Assembly (NCBI RefSeq): GCF_030684315.1
Contig: NC_081396.1
Location: forward strand, 5,332,001 to 5,396,000
Source of the DNA: Stegostoma tigrinum
Lineage: Eukaryota
DNA length: 64,000 nt
Direction of reading: 5' to 3'
Made by a program: the position numbers and the translations under genes. Below the pieces are notes generated by a model. It ran no database searches. It was given only the letters and a program-made list of their open reading frames with translations, and was not told the DNA's origin. Positions within the stretch are counted from its first letter, which is position 1. Each line of letters begins with the position of its first letter. Below are positions 1-13,078 of the stretch, in pieces.

Positions 1-1500
1 TGCCTGCAAGTTTTCATTGCAGAGGCATAGGAATGATTTAGATGTTTCTTTATGCATGGCTGTGTCTTTCATTTCTGTTTCTATGTTTACTCGTTTCTTA
101 TGTGAACGAAGAATGCACAGGAGATTAGAGACGTTTTACACGTTTCACTGTGCTCCTGAATTCCTGTGCTCGAGAATACGTGACTGTAAAATCTAAATCC
201 AAAAATTGAAATCTCATCATAATGAGTGCAGCGCATTTGACATACAGCATCTAAATTCCTCTCATCATAAATTTTGCCCTAAAATTGCACAAAGATGAAA
301 ACTCAAAAGCTGGTTGAAGCTATCTACGAATCACCTTGCTTTCTTCCCCATAATGACATTTGCAATATACCAGTTGTCTCCCAATCATCTTGAAGCTCCA
401 TATTAAGCAAGCTTCCAGAACAATCTCCACCAGCAGTATTCTTTGCAACGAGGTGTTACAAAAAATGGCTGTTTAAAATAGATCAGTTGTGACAAGTTCC
501 ATGTGTCAAATGGCAGGCTTTGGTGTACCATGGAGAAAGTAATTTTTTTTATGGTTTCAGCACCAACCAGGGTGCCTGCACAAAAGATTCGCCACTGTTA
601 CCTCTGCATATATCCATAGTACATTTGTGGAAAAACATCCACAGTGCTACACATGACTGGAGAGTGCCCCGTTTACAGATTATGCTGTTGAATATCCACC
701 TTTAACTCAGAAATTTAGATCATCACTTGCATCTAGTACCATTATTTGTAAAACAAAAAAAAAACATGCATTAATTGTGCCTTAAAGAGCTTTGGTCCCT
801 GAAAACAAACTAACAATGGTGCTGAAGATTTGTGCTCTTATATTAGTTGCACCACCAACCCATGTTTTCAATTCATTTATAACGCATACATCTGACCACC
901 AAGCGTAGTGTATTCAAAGCATAAATGATCAACTTTACGCTAGAGTGATATTTGAAAAAAAAATAGGCATAGCTCTTCCTGCATCATTAGGCTCTTCAGA
1001 TCATGAGCCTGTTCTACGGTGTATGATAGGAAGCCAGAAATCAATCGATGGACACTGCGTGTGAACTGTCAACTCTGGGGAAGAAAGACCCAGAGATGGG
1101 TAAAATGACGCAGAGAGTTTATGCTTTGTGGATTCTGTTCATTTTTGCCAGTGGATTGATGAATCACTGAGCCAAAGAGCTCGTCTTCAGATCAGGCGCC
1201 ACCCAATAAAACTCTATTGATGGACCTCCCGCCTCAGTCCTGTGGAGGAAATTAAGGCAGCGGCCTTCACTGACTTGACATGACCCTCCCCAATGCTGTG
1301 CACAGCAAACGAACATGGAAGCCATATTCACACCAGTTTCACAGGATGCTGCATGATCTCAGAGAAGCTATCCCAAGGAGATCTGCTTGCTCATTTTGAA
1401 CATTGCAGTCCGGCTGTGAGGTCGAGTCTCCCCGAGCCGTTCATCTATTTCAGCCCTCAGTTTCCCGTCGTATAAACCATCAGCTCCAGGTGGTGGAAAA

Positions 1501-1543
1501 CGGAGAATCCTTGTTATTTTCGCCCTTTGCGTCTGGCTGCGCC
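1501..1543 (+). pseudogene. Leader exon of NAR-TCR V pseudogene (cassette 1); start codon and splice donor lost
   Basis: 43-nt exon reading xRILVIFALCVWLR, collinear with the intact leader METLIVLILCVCLP at 60823-60865. The ATG position reads CGG and the donor GTGAGT reads ATGAGC. The upstream flank (cagtttcccgtcgtataaaccatc) matches cagttacccgtcctctgaaccatt at about 60780. Confidence 0.75.
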
Positions 1544-1688
1544 ATGAGCACCAATTAAACAAATGGGCTTTGCTTTGTTTCAATGTAATCCATTACCACA
1601 CTATTTGCGAACAGTGCCACTGGGTTGGAACTGTTTGCCGTTTTGCTTTGTTTGCTTATCCATTAACCTCACTCTGATAAATTTCCAG

Positions 1689-1972
1689 GCTCTTTCAGAG
1701 AGCCAGTGACAAAGACCCCAGCAGTGGCGAGCAAAAAGGAGTGTCAGACTCTCACCATCAATTAGGCTTACGGTGGTCACAACTGGAATTGTCATTTCAA
1801 AGATGGATATTTGCTCAGACAAACCCACACCAGGAATGGATCTCTAGTGGACGGAGATTTATTGTACGTAACAACAAAGATGGAAAGACATTTTTGCCGG
1901 AGGTTCAGGAAGTAAGAATTGAAAATATCGACACTTATTATGTAAAGCACAATACATTACAACTACGATAGA
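1689..1972 (+). pseudogene. NAR-TCR V exon pseudogene (IgNAR-like V, cassette 1)
   Basis: After the acceptor tttccag: SFREPVTKTPAVASKKECQTLTIN*AYGGHNWNCHFKDGYLLRQT / EWISSGRRFIVRNNKDGKTFLPEVQEVRIENIDTY(Y)CKAQY. It is collinear with the intact V at 60997-61292. Canonical Cys23 is TAG (1763-1765), there are two frameshifts, and the FR1 KECQ cysteine is kept. Confidence 0.9.
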
Positions 1973-2010
1973 CACAGTGATGGTCCAATACATCATGCAA
2001 TACAAAAGTT
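1973..2010 (+). other. Recombination signal sequence (22-bp spacer) of cassette-1 V
   Basis: CACAGTG (1973-1979), 22 nt, ACAAAAGTT (2002-2010). Confidence 0.88.
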
Positions 2011-2328
2011 CTCCCTCCAGATTTTACACAGAAATAAATGAAAAACTGGATTTACTCTACTCATTGAAAAAAGAAAACACATCGTTACATTCTGATACAT
2101 TCTGTTTTCTAATGTTACTGTCATATTGCTGTTAATGTCTGCAATTTCGAACAATCCAATTTTGTGTTGATTTTTTTTTCTTGAGATTGGAGTCTGTATG
2201 TAAATGTGGGGAATGATGAACGCCATTAAGAATCATGAACACAAATTGGGATCTAATTCTGGCAGCTGGAACCTGGCTACGTAGTCTCCTCTGTTTAATT
2301 ATTGTCTTCAAATCTCACCAATGCCTGA

Positions 2329-2399
2329 GGTTTCAATGTCGATTTGAAACAGCGATCAATTCTTGGGAATCTACAGTGCGGAAGACCGAAACAATTACC
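2329..2399 (+). pseudogene. Degenerate NAR-TCR D segment with 12-bp RSSs (core about 2357-2371)
   Basis: 3' RSS TACAGTG (2372-2378)-12-ACAATTACC (2391-2399). 5' RSS is decayed: GGTTTCAAT-12-CAGCGAT. It has a similar distance from V and the same upstream caaatctcacc landmark as the D at 61676-61691. Confidence 0.65.
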
Positions 2400-2699
2400 A
2401 TTGTGCCGTCCCAGATTGTGAAATACATTCTTCAGATTCCGTTTAATTTATGCAATTTTCTTTAGTTTGCAATTTTTGATCCTTTTCCAGTGATATTTTC
2501 CTCCATTGTCGTAAACCATCCATCTGTGATCTGTGTTCTTGAGTTACTTTGTTAAGATCTCAGACCCTCATAAATAACAGCCTGAGTCAACAGATCTGAG
2601 AAATATGGAATTAATTGATTGAAATATTTGTAATAATTAGAGGTAGAGCCGAAGAGTCGAGTGTCTTGCCACACGAGGCTGGCAAATTAAAATCTAAGT

Positions 2700-2792
2700 G
2701 GTTCTTTTTACTGGAGTGACTGACAGCGGTGCAATTTTGTCACAAATATGACATTGTGGGCACGTCAGGGACTGTGGTGTCTGTCATAGAAC
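2700..2792 (+). pseudogene. Degenerate NAR-TCR J segment (cassette 1) with RSS
   Basis: About 2740-2792 reads HKYDIVGTSGTVVSVIE, then a phase-1 donor GTACAT; compare YYDYVDGSGTVVTVTA at 62069. Nonamer GGTTCTTTT at 2700-2708; the heptamer is decayed. Confidence 0.7.
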
Positions 2793-2899
2793 GTACATAA
2801 CTGCAAACAGTCCATGTTGCAGACTCTCGCAGTTGATATTCACCATCAGTTTATTTTTGAGACTTATGACAGTTCATTATTAATGTCGGATGTCAGGGA

Positions 2900-3410
2900 G
2901 ATGATCCGAGGCGTGGACGCGTTGGATCACAGTCTGTGATGGGAAAGGAGGGAGAAAATTATTGGAGACATAGCCCAAACGTTTACTTTCTTTCTGGCCA
3001 CAGAATAGGTGTTAGAAGACAGGATGACAGCTAATTTGGTTACATTTCTCAAGAAAGATCATGGGATAAATCAGGAAGATGCAGACCAGTATATCTCACC
3101 ACAGTGGCAGGGAAAAGACTGGAGAATATTCTGAGAGATGGAATTACTCTCCACGTACGTAGGCAAGATTTCATCAGGGATTATCAGCATGGTTTTCTCT
3201 TAAGCAGCTCATTTTTAACCGATTTTTTGAGGAGGTGCTCAGGCGTGTAGATGCCAATGTGCAATTAATGTAGTTTGTATTGCTTTCAGCTAAGCTTTTG
3301 ATAAACTCCCTCACGGGGCACTGATAAAGAAGGGACAAGCGTATGACATCTAGGATAAGGAGACAGTGAGTTCTGCAGATGTCGAAATCCAGCGTGAATA
3401 AATGTGAATA
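2900..3410 (+). mobile_element. Degenerate CR1-clade LINE fragment
   Basis: Decayed match to the RT N-terminal region (DxxxANxVxFxKKD...RPVxLT...SQHGF...SKAFDKLPH), the same region that is well preserved at 19.2-19.5 kb. Confidence 0.7.
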
Positions 3411-3414
3411 GAGG

Positions 3415-3830
3415 GGGAAAAAACCTGCAGATGCTAAAACCATTTGCCATAATTGGGAAGGGGGAACAGAGTACAGAAAGAAATAGACGGAGGGTGTGGT
3501 GTTGGGACTACGTTAGGTATGAGGCAGACCGATGAATGCAGGTAGGTGGTTATTGTGCTTTCTCAGAGGGAAGAGTAGAACTGATGGGTGAGTTAGAAAA
3601 TGGACGTGTTGGTGGTGGATAGAATTTGAAGCTGGTGAAGTCAGTATTTAGGAGATTGGGCTGTATGCCCCTCAGATGAAATGTCAGGTGTTCCTCCTCC
3701 AGTTTACGTTTGGTCTAACTGTGATAGTGGAGGAATCTAGAGATGGACATATAACCAAGGGAGTTCAAGGGTTAGTTAAAGTGGATGACAACCATAAGTA
3801 GGGATTGGTTGGTCCATGCAGAGCTACGAC
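3415..3830 (-). mobile_element. Penelope-like element 3' fragment
   Basis: The reverse complement resembles the GIY-YIG C-terminus and pyrimidine-rich tail of the element at 11545-13078. Confidence 0.55.
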
Positions 3831-4632
3831 AGCAGGCCAGAGGTTTGGAATTATGGAGTGATTAGCTCATTCATTTTCCTCCTACTGCCTGTCCACCACC
3901 CATTATCGGCAAGGCAGAAGTCAATAAGGTGATAGAACATAGTTCACTTTGGTGATGGGTCTAGCTCCAGCAGGACTCAAGAAGCCTGACACTGTTCAAA
4001 ATGAGGAATCCTAGTGATTGGTTCCCATCTACAATCTCCAATATTCACTAAAAACACCACTGATGCACTTTAGGAGCAGGGTGTTACAACTACAAAGTGC
4101 ATTCCAAGAACTCAGGAGGCCCCTTGAACAACATCTTCCCCTCCTGCGAACTCCATTGATCAGAAGGGCTCAGGCAGCCATACATATGAAGACAAACATA
4201 TCCAACCTCTCCTCCAAGTCACAGATCATCGTGGCTTAAAGCGGTTTTGTTCTTCACTGCTGCGGGGTCAGAAATTCTGAAATTCTGCTCCTGGCAGCTC
4301 TTTGGGTATCTTATGGGCATCATCAGTTAAAGAGGGCAGCTCGAGCAACTGCCTTCTTCATGGAAATAATTGCTAGCCTAAACAGTAGTAGCCAAATTCC
4401 GTGTTGTTCAGTTAATAAATTGGGAAAACTATCGGTTTTTATTTCAAATATGCATGCAGTAGTCTTCTGTTGCCTCTGCATCTTTAACTATGGTGACGCA
4501 GGATGAATGATCCTTTGAAGTCGTCATAAGCCAGTGGTGCCAGTTTTGTTTGTTTTTTTCATTCCATTTCACTGATTTAGTGAGAATAAAATTGGTGATC
4601 GATGCAAAAAGGCAGGCAGTTAATTATTGTGT

Positions 4633-4773
4633 CAGAGATAATGAGAACTGCAGATGGTGGAGAATCCGATTTAACAAAGTGTGGAGCTGGATGAACACAG
4701 CAGGCCCAAGCAGATTTTGTGCTCCTCAGATGCTGCTTGGCCTCCTGTGTTCATCCAGCTCAACACTTTGTTA
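4633..4773. mobile_element. Hairpin (inverted) Penelope-terminus element
   Basis: taacaaagtgtggagctggatgaacacagcaggcc...ggcctcctgtgttcatccagctcaacactttgtta is self-complementary and is the same sequence as the terminus at 13000-13078. Confidence 0.8.
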
Positions 4774-5202
4774 CTATGGAAGTTTATTTTTGGAGTTTTG
4801 TGCAATAATCTCTTCAATTCTGAACCCATTCCCCCTTTGAGGTGCTCTCTTAATAGTGTAATAAATCAGAGCAGGAGCACGTATTTCTGTTCATTCAGTC
4901 TATATTTTTTTATATATGAAAATGACCCATGTTGTTTATATTCTATGAATTTCTATCTTAGAATTTCTGAATGATTGATTTATCACAGTTTACTAATGTT
5001 GAAGTTTCCAGACTCAAAATTTTAACGAGACATTTTATCTTATCACATGACAAATAACCTTTGCCTTAAATTATAATATTTATTTGCACAGTTTGCAGGC
5101 AGTCTGGTAGTTTTACAGTGTCTATATTGCATAGCCCAACAGAATGGTTGCGTGCATTATTGAGAAAACTGCCAACTGAAAACGTCAGAAACTACAGGCT
5201 CG

Positions 5203-5550
5203 TTCTACACCATCTATGTTTATTTCTCGTTGTGAACTGCTTATCTTATACAATGCCTTTGCGTATATCAGAAGACAGATTTCAAAACAAAATGTAAAGT
5301 GATCTAATTGCATCCTCTTCTGTGCTCAGTTTTCAGTTACCTGGATTCAGTCAATCTAATACTTACAAAAATGCAGTGTGCATATAATGCAATGAATTCT
5401 AGTCCATGATTGGGGTGCTACAGACCGCTTCTACAGAACTGAACACTCCTCAATCGAATGTAATACTGCAATACTAACACTGGCACTATCACATAAAAAG
5501 GGGATCCTTCACAGGTATCGGCTGTCCACAGAGAGAAATATGAAGTCAGA
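5203..5550 (+). pseudogene. Probable relic TCR alpha/delta V (leader-like exon plus 5' half), truncated by a LINE
   Basis: Hydrophobic LHHLCLFLVVNCLS at about 5203-5248. After the acceptor ctcag (5329) it reads FSYLDSVNL..MQCAYNAMNSSP*LGCYR, resembling DSVxQ...CxY....SSPxLxWYR. No FR3 or RSS found. Confidence 0.4.
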
Positions 5551-5552
5551 AG

Positions 5553-7260
5553 TACAGAAACATGGAACATAGCTTCAGGATGAGGCCATTCTGCCCTGAT
5601 AACCTGCTGTACCAGTCATCAAAATCGTTCAACTCATCAGCATAATCCTGCTTTCTCCCCATAAGCTTTGGTCCCATTTGCTCCGAGTGCTATATCTAGC
5701 CTCCTCTGGAGTGCATTCATGTTTAGGCATCAACTACTTCCTGTGATAATGAATTCCACAGGCTCACCACTCTTTGAGTGAAGAAATTTCTGCTCATGTC
5801 CATCGTAGAGGGTCTACCCCAGATCCTGAGATTGTGAACTCAGTTCTTGATACTTGCACAATCAGAAACATCCTCCCTGCATGTATCCTGTCTCGTCCAG
5901 TAGAATTGTATATGCCTCAATGATATTCCTCCACCCCACCCCCTGCAACATTCAGCTGAATTACAGAAAGACAATCTTTGCCCAGTCAATCCTTCCTCAT
6001 AAGTCAGTCTAGCAATCACCGGAATTAGCCTGGTAAACCTGCACTGCACTCCCTCGGGCGCAAGAACGTCCTTCCTCAGAAAAGGTAACTGCAAATGCAC
6101 ACAATATTCTACGTCTAGCCTCATAAATGCCCTGTAAAACTACAACAACACATCCCTGCTCCAGTACTCGAATCGTCTGGCAATGAAGGCCAACATACCA
6201 TTTACCTCCTTTACAGCCTGCTGCACCTGCACGCTTACCTTCAACGGCTGCTGCTCAAGGACACCCAAGTACGCCTGCTCACTCTCCTCCAATTTTACTG
6301 CCTTTCAAATAGTACTCTGCCTTCTTCTTTTTGCCTTGAAAATGAATAGCCTCACATTTAAACGAATTATACCATATGTGCCATTGATTTGTCCACTGAC
6401 GCAGCCTGTCCACAAAGTGCTGAAGGATCTCTGTATCGTCATCATAGTTCATCCTCCCACCCACCATTGCATCATCTACAAAATTTGGAATGCTTCGCTT
6501 TGTTCCCTCATCCAAATCAGTGTTGTGAATACCTGGGGTCCCAACACCAATCCACTTGTCACTACACGAGCTGTTGACTGTCACTTTGAAAACTGACTCA
6601 TTAATTCCAACTCTTTGTTTCCTCTCTGTCATTAAGATTTCTATCGGCCTCAGTACATTTCCCCCATGCTACTGTTATTTAGCTTGACACAATAATCTAT
6701 TATGTGCCATTTTGTGAAAAGCTTTCTGAAAGACAAATATACCACATCGAGTGGCTCCCCGTTGTCAACTCTACTGTTACATTTTCATAGAATTGTAAGA
6801 GTTTTGTCAAGCATGATTAACCTTCATTTTTCCATGCTGGCTCTTTCCAATCCTGATACTGATCCCTAAATGCTCCCCGACAAAATCCTGAGCAAAAGAT
6901 TCCTGATGTTAGGCTTACTGATCTATAATTCCCCGTCTTCTCTCGACATCCCTCTTTGCATATTGGAGTGGTATTAGCTATCCTCCAATCTGAAGCGACT
7001 GTCCCAGAGTCTGTAGAGTGCCAGAAGATGACCAACAATGCATCCACTATTTTTACAGCCACTTCCTTACGTACTCTGTGACGTAGATTACCAGCCCCAG
7101 GTGATTTATCCAACTTCAATCGCAACAGTTCTCCTCACATCATTTCCCTTCAAATATTGCTCTCCCTCAATTGTTTCTTTTCATTAAATCATGCATGCTC
7201 CAACATTTCTGCTATCTGATTTCTGTTCTTTTTTGTGAATCTGTCGTAAATACAATTCAT
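5553..7260 (-). mobile_element. CR1-clade LINE, 5'-truncated, decayed RT
   Basis: Minus-strand ORFs LKLDKSPG...DWRIANTTPICKEGCREKTGNYRSVSLTS, NFVDDAMVGG and LDVEYCVHLQLPFLRKDVLAPEGVQCRFTRLIP. Confidence 0.9.
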
Positions 7261-7994
7261 TTGTTGCATAATCTTTGAATAGAAAAATGCAGAATGAGTT
7301 CTAGTTTGATCCAAGAAGTGATGCTTAATGTTCACCGCAAAGGTCTTGCCAGAATCATCCAGTTCTAAACTGCATTGAAGTTCTTTTTTAAGAGAGGTGT
7401 CAAAAAGAAATAATTTTCGGAGATGAAGTGAAAGGAACTGCTCACATTTGAGCTGATTGCTCTTAAGTTAAATACATCTTTGTTCCCGCGTGTCAGAAAA
7501 AAAAAAGTCAGTGGATACGAAGAGGCAAGTAATGTACTGAAGATTCATACTAGCTACAAATTAAGATTGTTCCTATTGTTTTGGAAAATCACCTCAGAGC
7601 CCAAAAAGTCGCTTCAGGTCTTCATCTTGTTGACAGATGGACTTCGCTATAATTTAAGTGGGAATGTTAAAGTCTTGGGGTCATAAATGAGAAATTTCAC
7701 TTGTATCATGGAAGCACAAAACTGTTATTGCTTCACACTGAACCATTCCCCTGTTGGCATCCACGGGCAATTTTATCATCCACATCCCAGAAGTCAGATA
7801 CTGGAGTTAACATTTGACAAAGATTAATCCGAGTTCTGTAAGTGAATACAAGATCATCTCCGCCAAAGTGGAAGCTGCACAATCTCTTGTGCTTATCTAA
7901 GGCACTGATACCTCAATTCCTTTCATTCCACAAATAAAAACATGGTGCAAACAGAATCAAAGGCAAGTAGGAAGTGGGAGGAATCGGAAGAGAG

Positions 7995-8318
7995 GTTGTT
8001 GAGGGTGAGGACGAGTTCTTCCTCACACCCATCCCTTCCTCCCCCATCAAGCTGCACCTCCATTTCCTACCTACCACCTCATCCCGCCTCCTTGACCTGT
8101 CCATCTTCCCTGGACTGACCTATCCCCTCCCTACCTCCCCACCTATACTCTCCTCTCTACCTATCTTGTTTTCTCTCCAACTTTGGTCCGCCTCCCCCCT
8201 CTCCCTATTTATTCCAGTTCCCTCTCCCCATCCCCTGTCTCGGCCCGAAACGTCAGCTTTTGTGCTCCTGAGATGCTGTTTGGCCTGCTGTGTTCATCCA
8301 GCTCCACACTTTGTTATC
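7995..8318 (+). mobile_element. Penelope-like element 3' tail/terminus fragment
   Basis: Pyrimidine-rich tail plus the terminus ggcccgaaacgtcagcttttgtgctcctgagatgct..., near-identical to 12730-13078. Confidence 0.85.
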
Positions 8319-8903
8319 CAGCAATAATACTGTTTGGCTGTCACTTCACCGTGTTTGCAAATGAAATCCTGCGCAGACTTATTGAAGGCAACTAAGAGGT
8401 TGAATTTGATACTCGTTACCCCTGTCAGTCTCAGACCCAGCGTGCTTATCAGAATGATTAAAGACCGAGACACTCTTTCAACGGCGATTTTATCACGTCA
8501 TTGCAATGAATAGTTCACTGCAAGACTGGATAATTCAAAATCACGAGACCAATTAAACCAAACAGGGAATTCCAGTAGCCAACTCGAAGATGTATTAGCA
8601 TATGAAGCAATGTTCCTTTCGGATTTGTACAGAAAGGATTAACTGAAATTGACATCTCGTTTTTAGGTTTTGTTTATTTATAAATCTGGAATAAATTGAC
8701 AAAAGGAAAAATTTAAAAACAATGATAATGAACTGTTTGTCGCATGTTATAAAAGCGGATTAGTATCGCTTATTGTAAATGACCTTTAAAATTTTGCTTT
8801 GGTCAAACAGTAGGAGAAGCTAATTATATTTGGGCTGCAACAGGGAATGAGTAAAAATTGAGATTCAACAGACGGCACGTTGTTGAACGGTTTGTAAAAC
8901 GTT

Positions 8904-9036
8904 GATAACAAGGTGAAGAGCTGGATGAACACAGCAGGCCAAGCAGCATCATAGGAGATGTTGCTTGGCCTGCTGTGTTCAACAGCTCTTCACCTTGTTA
9001 TCTCGGATTCTCCAGCATCTGCAGGTGCTACTATCT
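8904..9036. mobile_element. Hairpin Penelope-terminus element
   Basis: Near-perfect inverted arms 8904-8950 and 8957-9002 around the loop ATAGGA. Confidence 0.85.
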
Positions 9037-11544
9037 TGGACCAGGGTGACTAGTTGTCAGTGACAAAAGCCAATGGCAGTTGAACAATCACGACATTTGT
9101 TCTTGGACAGCTCATCGTCTTATTAATGCGATGACATTGACAGCAAGTAAGTGACTTTCTTCCTTCTCGTTCTTTCTATCCTAGGTATAAGTCAAAAGAC
9201 TGAAAACGACAGTTTATTGTCTCTTAGCAGTAAATATGAGTTTGCCGTTTTAACCAGAAATGAGGAGATTTTGCACATTGTGAGCCAAATGCTTCATGCC
9301 TCCCACAGTGTCAAGTACCCAGACAATCGAAATCGAAGTACAGCAAGCCCCCACACTCAAGAGGATCATCTTAGTAAATGCGATCGCCAGGAGCATTGAA
9401 CTGAATTTCCTTTCTTGCTTCCACACATAATGTCATTTTTGTTTTGTATATGCTTGCCTTCTTGTGTGTGTGCAGGAAGCTTTACAAAAGCTTTAGCGTT
9501 CTAAGTATTAGAGTTATAAGTCGGCAGTCTATTGTTGTTCATCTGCAACTAGAATTATTTTGTTCGCAAGCAATTATTATTCACACTAAATGTAGCCATC
9601 TGGTTATGTTTTCGGTTAGTCTGGTCTAAACAACAGGTAAATCGGTAATTTTACACGCTTAGGTCATGATTTGGACTTTGTTATGACTCGAGGAAGAATT
9701 AAGCTTGAATTCCAATGTTTCAACTCTTGAGGCATCTCACATGAAGAGCTCTTACGTCTGGAGTTGCTGGTGGATTCGTATGCATTGCCTCACACTGTTG
9801 TTTAGAAAATAGGGAGTCAATGTTAGACAAATGTGTTCTTTAAATTACCTATCTGGCATGTTGCCCGAGATAAGATAATCAATTGTATGAGGGAACATAA
9901 AGCGAGGCAATGAATTAAATGTTGCCACAGACATATCGAGGACGTAGACAGAAATAATTCCAACAGTATATCTCAACCGTATGCAATCGGGAAATGCTTC
10001 TGTGTAAAGACACTGAAGGTTTTTTTTCTCAACTCGTGGAAGCAAAAATGAATTTAAGGAAACGGTGCTTCAGCATTTAATGCAAAGCAACTAACATGCA
10101 GTAGTCCTCACTACACAAAATGTGCAGAGCCGTGATGAAACCATACACACACGGTATCCAGTACAGTTTCAATACATTTCCCTTGGGAACAAGAGACTGC
10201 AACGAAAATAGGCTGAATTCTACAAGAGATAAGACCAGCATAGTCTAGAATTTAGATAAATACGAGGTGATATCTTTGAGATACTTGAAATCACAAAGAG
10301 ATCGAAAAGGTGGGTGTAGGAAGGATTATTCCTTTTCTGTGAATAGCGAAGCAGGAAATCAGTGACAAAATGAGGGTGAGGTGATATCAAGTGAGATGTG
10401 GGGAAATTTGTTTAGTCAGGGAGTGACACATCTATGAAATTCTCAATGGCGGATGGTTATAGAGACTGAATCACAAAGTACATGCAAGACGCAACTCGAC
10501 AAATAAACATAGAAAACTTTAGAGAAGTTCAGCAGGCCTGACAGACTTTGTGAAGATGAGAACTGAGTTCACATTTTGTCTCTGATACGACGCAATATAT
10601 TCATGTTGGACTCTTACCGTTGATACAATTTATCTCACTATAAATGTGTGGTATTCTAAGAAGTTTTTCTCGATTCCATGCTTTAATTTCAAATTTTCAG
10701 CACCCGCAGGACTTTACCATGTGAAATCGATAGATGTCTATTTACAGAAGGCATTCAGGGATTTGGGAATAGCACCACAAAAGGCCATTGAGGCCGGTGA
10801 AGAGAGATGATGTAGCAGAACTGTAAAGAAATTTGATGAGTGGAATAGAACACTTATTATGTTATTTCCAGCGTTGCTCAAAACTTGTGTTACAACAGCT
10901 GGACATGCCTCTGACGCTATTTCAGCAAAATTGTTGTCTGTAAAGTCGCCCTTCAAAGATAATGGTCTAACGTTAAAGAGAGACAACATTAATTCTGTAG
11001 TCACCTTTGCATTTCTAGGGGAAAATGTGAAAACTCAGTGAGTTGACTCAGCTTTGTCCAAAGACAGAAATAACAAAGTTGACAACTTCAACATAGTAAT
11101 TTGTTGTAAATCAAAGATTTGACACATTTGGTACAATAAATCAAACCAGTAACATACTGAATGGGGATGAAGGCAAGGAGGAAAATGGTCGAGTCAGTAT
11201 CCCTACATTTGTGTTCCAGACATTGCGTGTGATGAACTGTGACAGGTTCTTCTAGAGAAAAGGGTGCAGAGATAGGAAAGACGAACGTCTAAGGCATCAC
11301 CTGCAAAGACAGGCATCTGTTAATTCAGAGTTCTAGAGGCACATTAGATGCACCAACGATGATTGGACCCACTGTTGATGTTTTGCCATGGTGTGGCCGA
11401 TGCCCAATACAGCGACAAATCAGAAGTAACTTTGGACAACTGAGCACTGTTCTGGAATGGCGAAACACTGATCAACCATTCTGACCACCGTCAAGTTCCC
11501 CTTTATGTAGTTACTACCCCTATCCAGATGAACTCATAAACCTG

Positions 11545-13078
11545 TTTCAGAGATAGCAGGAACTGTAGATGCTGGAGTTGCTTACATGGAACAATCCCTC
11601 TTCCACCTCCACACTGGCCCTAAACACCACCTCTTCCTGTTACATTGATGACTGTATTGGCGCAACCTCGTGCTCCAAACGAGGATCTCGAACAGTTCAT
11701 CCACTTTACCAACACCTTCCACCCCAAGCTTAATTTCACCTGGACCATCTCCAATACCTCTCTCTCCTTCCTGGAGCTCTCGGTTTCCATCTCCAGCAAC
11801 CAACTAGAAACTGATATTCATTTCAAGCCCACTGACTCCTACAGATACCTAGAATATGCCTCCTTCCACCCACCTTCCTGCAAAAATTGCATCCCCTATT
11901 CCCAATTCCTTCACGACCGCCGGATGCGCTCCCAGGATGAGGCATTCCACTCCCGTACATCTCAATGTCCTCGTTTTTTGAAGAGCGCAACTTCCCCCAC
12001 TCAGTAGTGGAGAATGCCCTCGACCGTGTCTCCCACATTTCCTGCAACTCAGCCCTCATACCCCCTCCTCACAATAGAAAACCAAAACAGAATCCCCCAG
12101 TCCTCACGTACCACCCCACCAACCTCCAGATCCAACGCATCATCCTCTGACACTTCAACCATCTGCAACCTGACCCGAACACAAAACACATTTTTCCCTC
12201 TTCACCCTTATCTGCCTTCTGGTGGGACCACTCTCTCCATCATTCCCTTGTCCATTCCACACTCTCCTCCAAAGCCAACACAACCAGCACTTTTCCCTTC
12301 AACCGTACGAAGATCTGCACCTGCCCCTACACTTCCCCCCTCACCCCCACCCCAGGCTCAAAGAACACTTTCCACATCAAACAGATGTTCACCTGCACAT
12401 CTGCTAATGTGGTATACTGCACCCGTTGCGGTCTCGCCTACCTTGGGGAAACCAAGCAGAGGCGTGGGGATCACTTTGCAGAACACCTACGCTCGATTTG
12501 CACTAAACAACTGCACCTCCCAGTTGTGAACTATTTCAACTCCCCCTCCAATTCCGCAGATAATATATCCAACCTGGGCCTCCTGCAGTGTCGCAATGAT
12601 GCTACCCGAAGGTTGCAGGAACAGCAACTCATATTCCTCTTGGAAATCCTGCACCTAATGGTATCAATGTGGATTTCAGAAGCTTCAAAATCTCCCCTCC
12701 CCCGACCACATCCCAAAAACAGTCCAGCTCGTCCCACCCCCCTAACCTGTTTTTCCTCCCACCTCAATCCCATCCACATCTCCTACCTACCAATCTCATC
12801 CCGCCACCTTGACCTGCCCATCCTCCCTGGACTGCCCTGGCTCCTCCCTACCTTCCCACTTACATGCACCTTTAATGGCTCAATCCCTACCTCTTTGACC
12901 CGTCTGTCTCCTCTCCACCTGTATTCTCCTCTATCCATCTTCTATCTGTCTCTCCCTATTTATTTCAGAACTTCTGCCCCCTCTCCCATTTCTGAAAAAG
13001 GGTCTACGCCCGAAATGTCGGCTTTTCTGCTCCTATGATGCTGCTTGGCAGATTGTGTTCATCCAGCTCTTCACCTTG
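11545..13078 (+). mobile_element. Penelope-like retroelement (RT C-terminus plus GIY-YIG endonuclease), 5'-truncated, with 16-bp target-site duplication
   Basis: RT: YIDDCIG..FIHFTNTFHPKLNFTWTIS..LSFLELSVS..TDIHFKPTDS. Endonuclease: FTCTSANVVYCTRCGLAYLGETKQRRGDHFAEH. TGAACTCATAAACCTG flanks both ends (11529-11544 and 13079-13094). A short inverted terminus piece sits at the 5' end. Confidence 0.92.

Noticed and set aside
400-1000. Faint Harbinger-transposase-like wording on the minus strand (FSTNVL...LCRHPGWC)
   Set aside because: Too degenerate; no catalytic motifs or terminal inverted repeats could be confirmed by eye.
1368-1583. Minus-strand ORF with an RTE-LINE-like look (DGKLRAEIDERLG)
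   Set aside because: The region aligns on + with the promoter and leader of the NAR-TCR V at 60.7-60.87 kb, so the resemblance is coincidental.
9151-10160. Leader-like TFFLLVLSILG|GT and distant FR3-like VLTTQNVQSRDETIH
   Set aside because: No ATG, no Cys/Trp framework and no RSS; the pieces cannot be assembled into a V.
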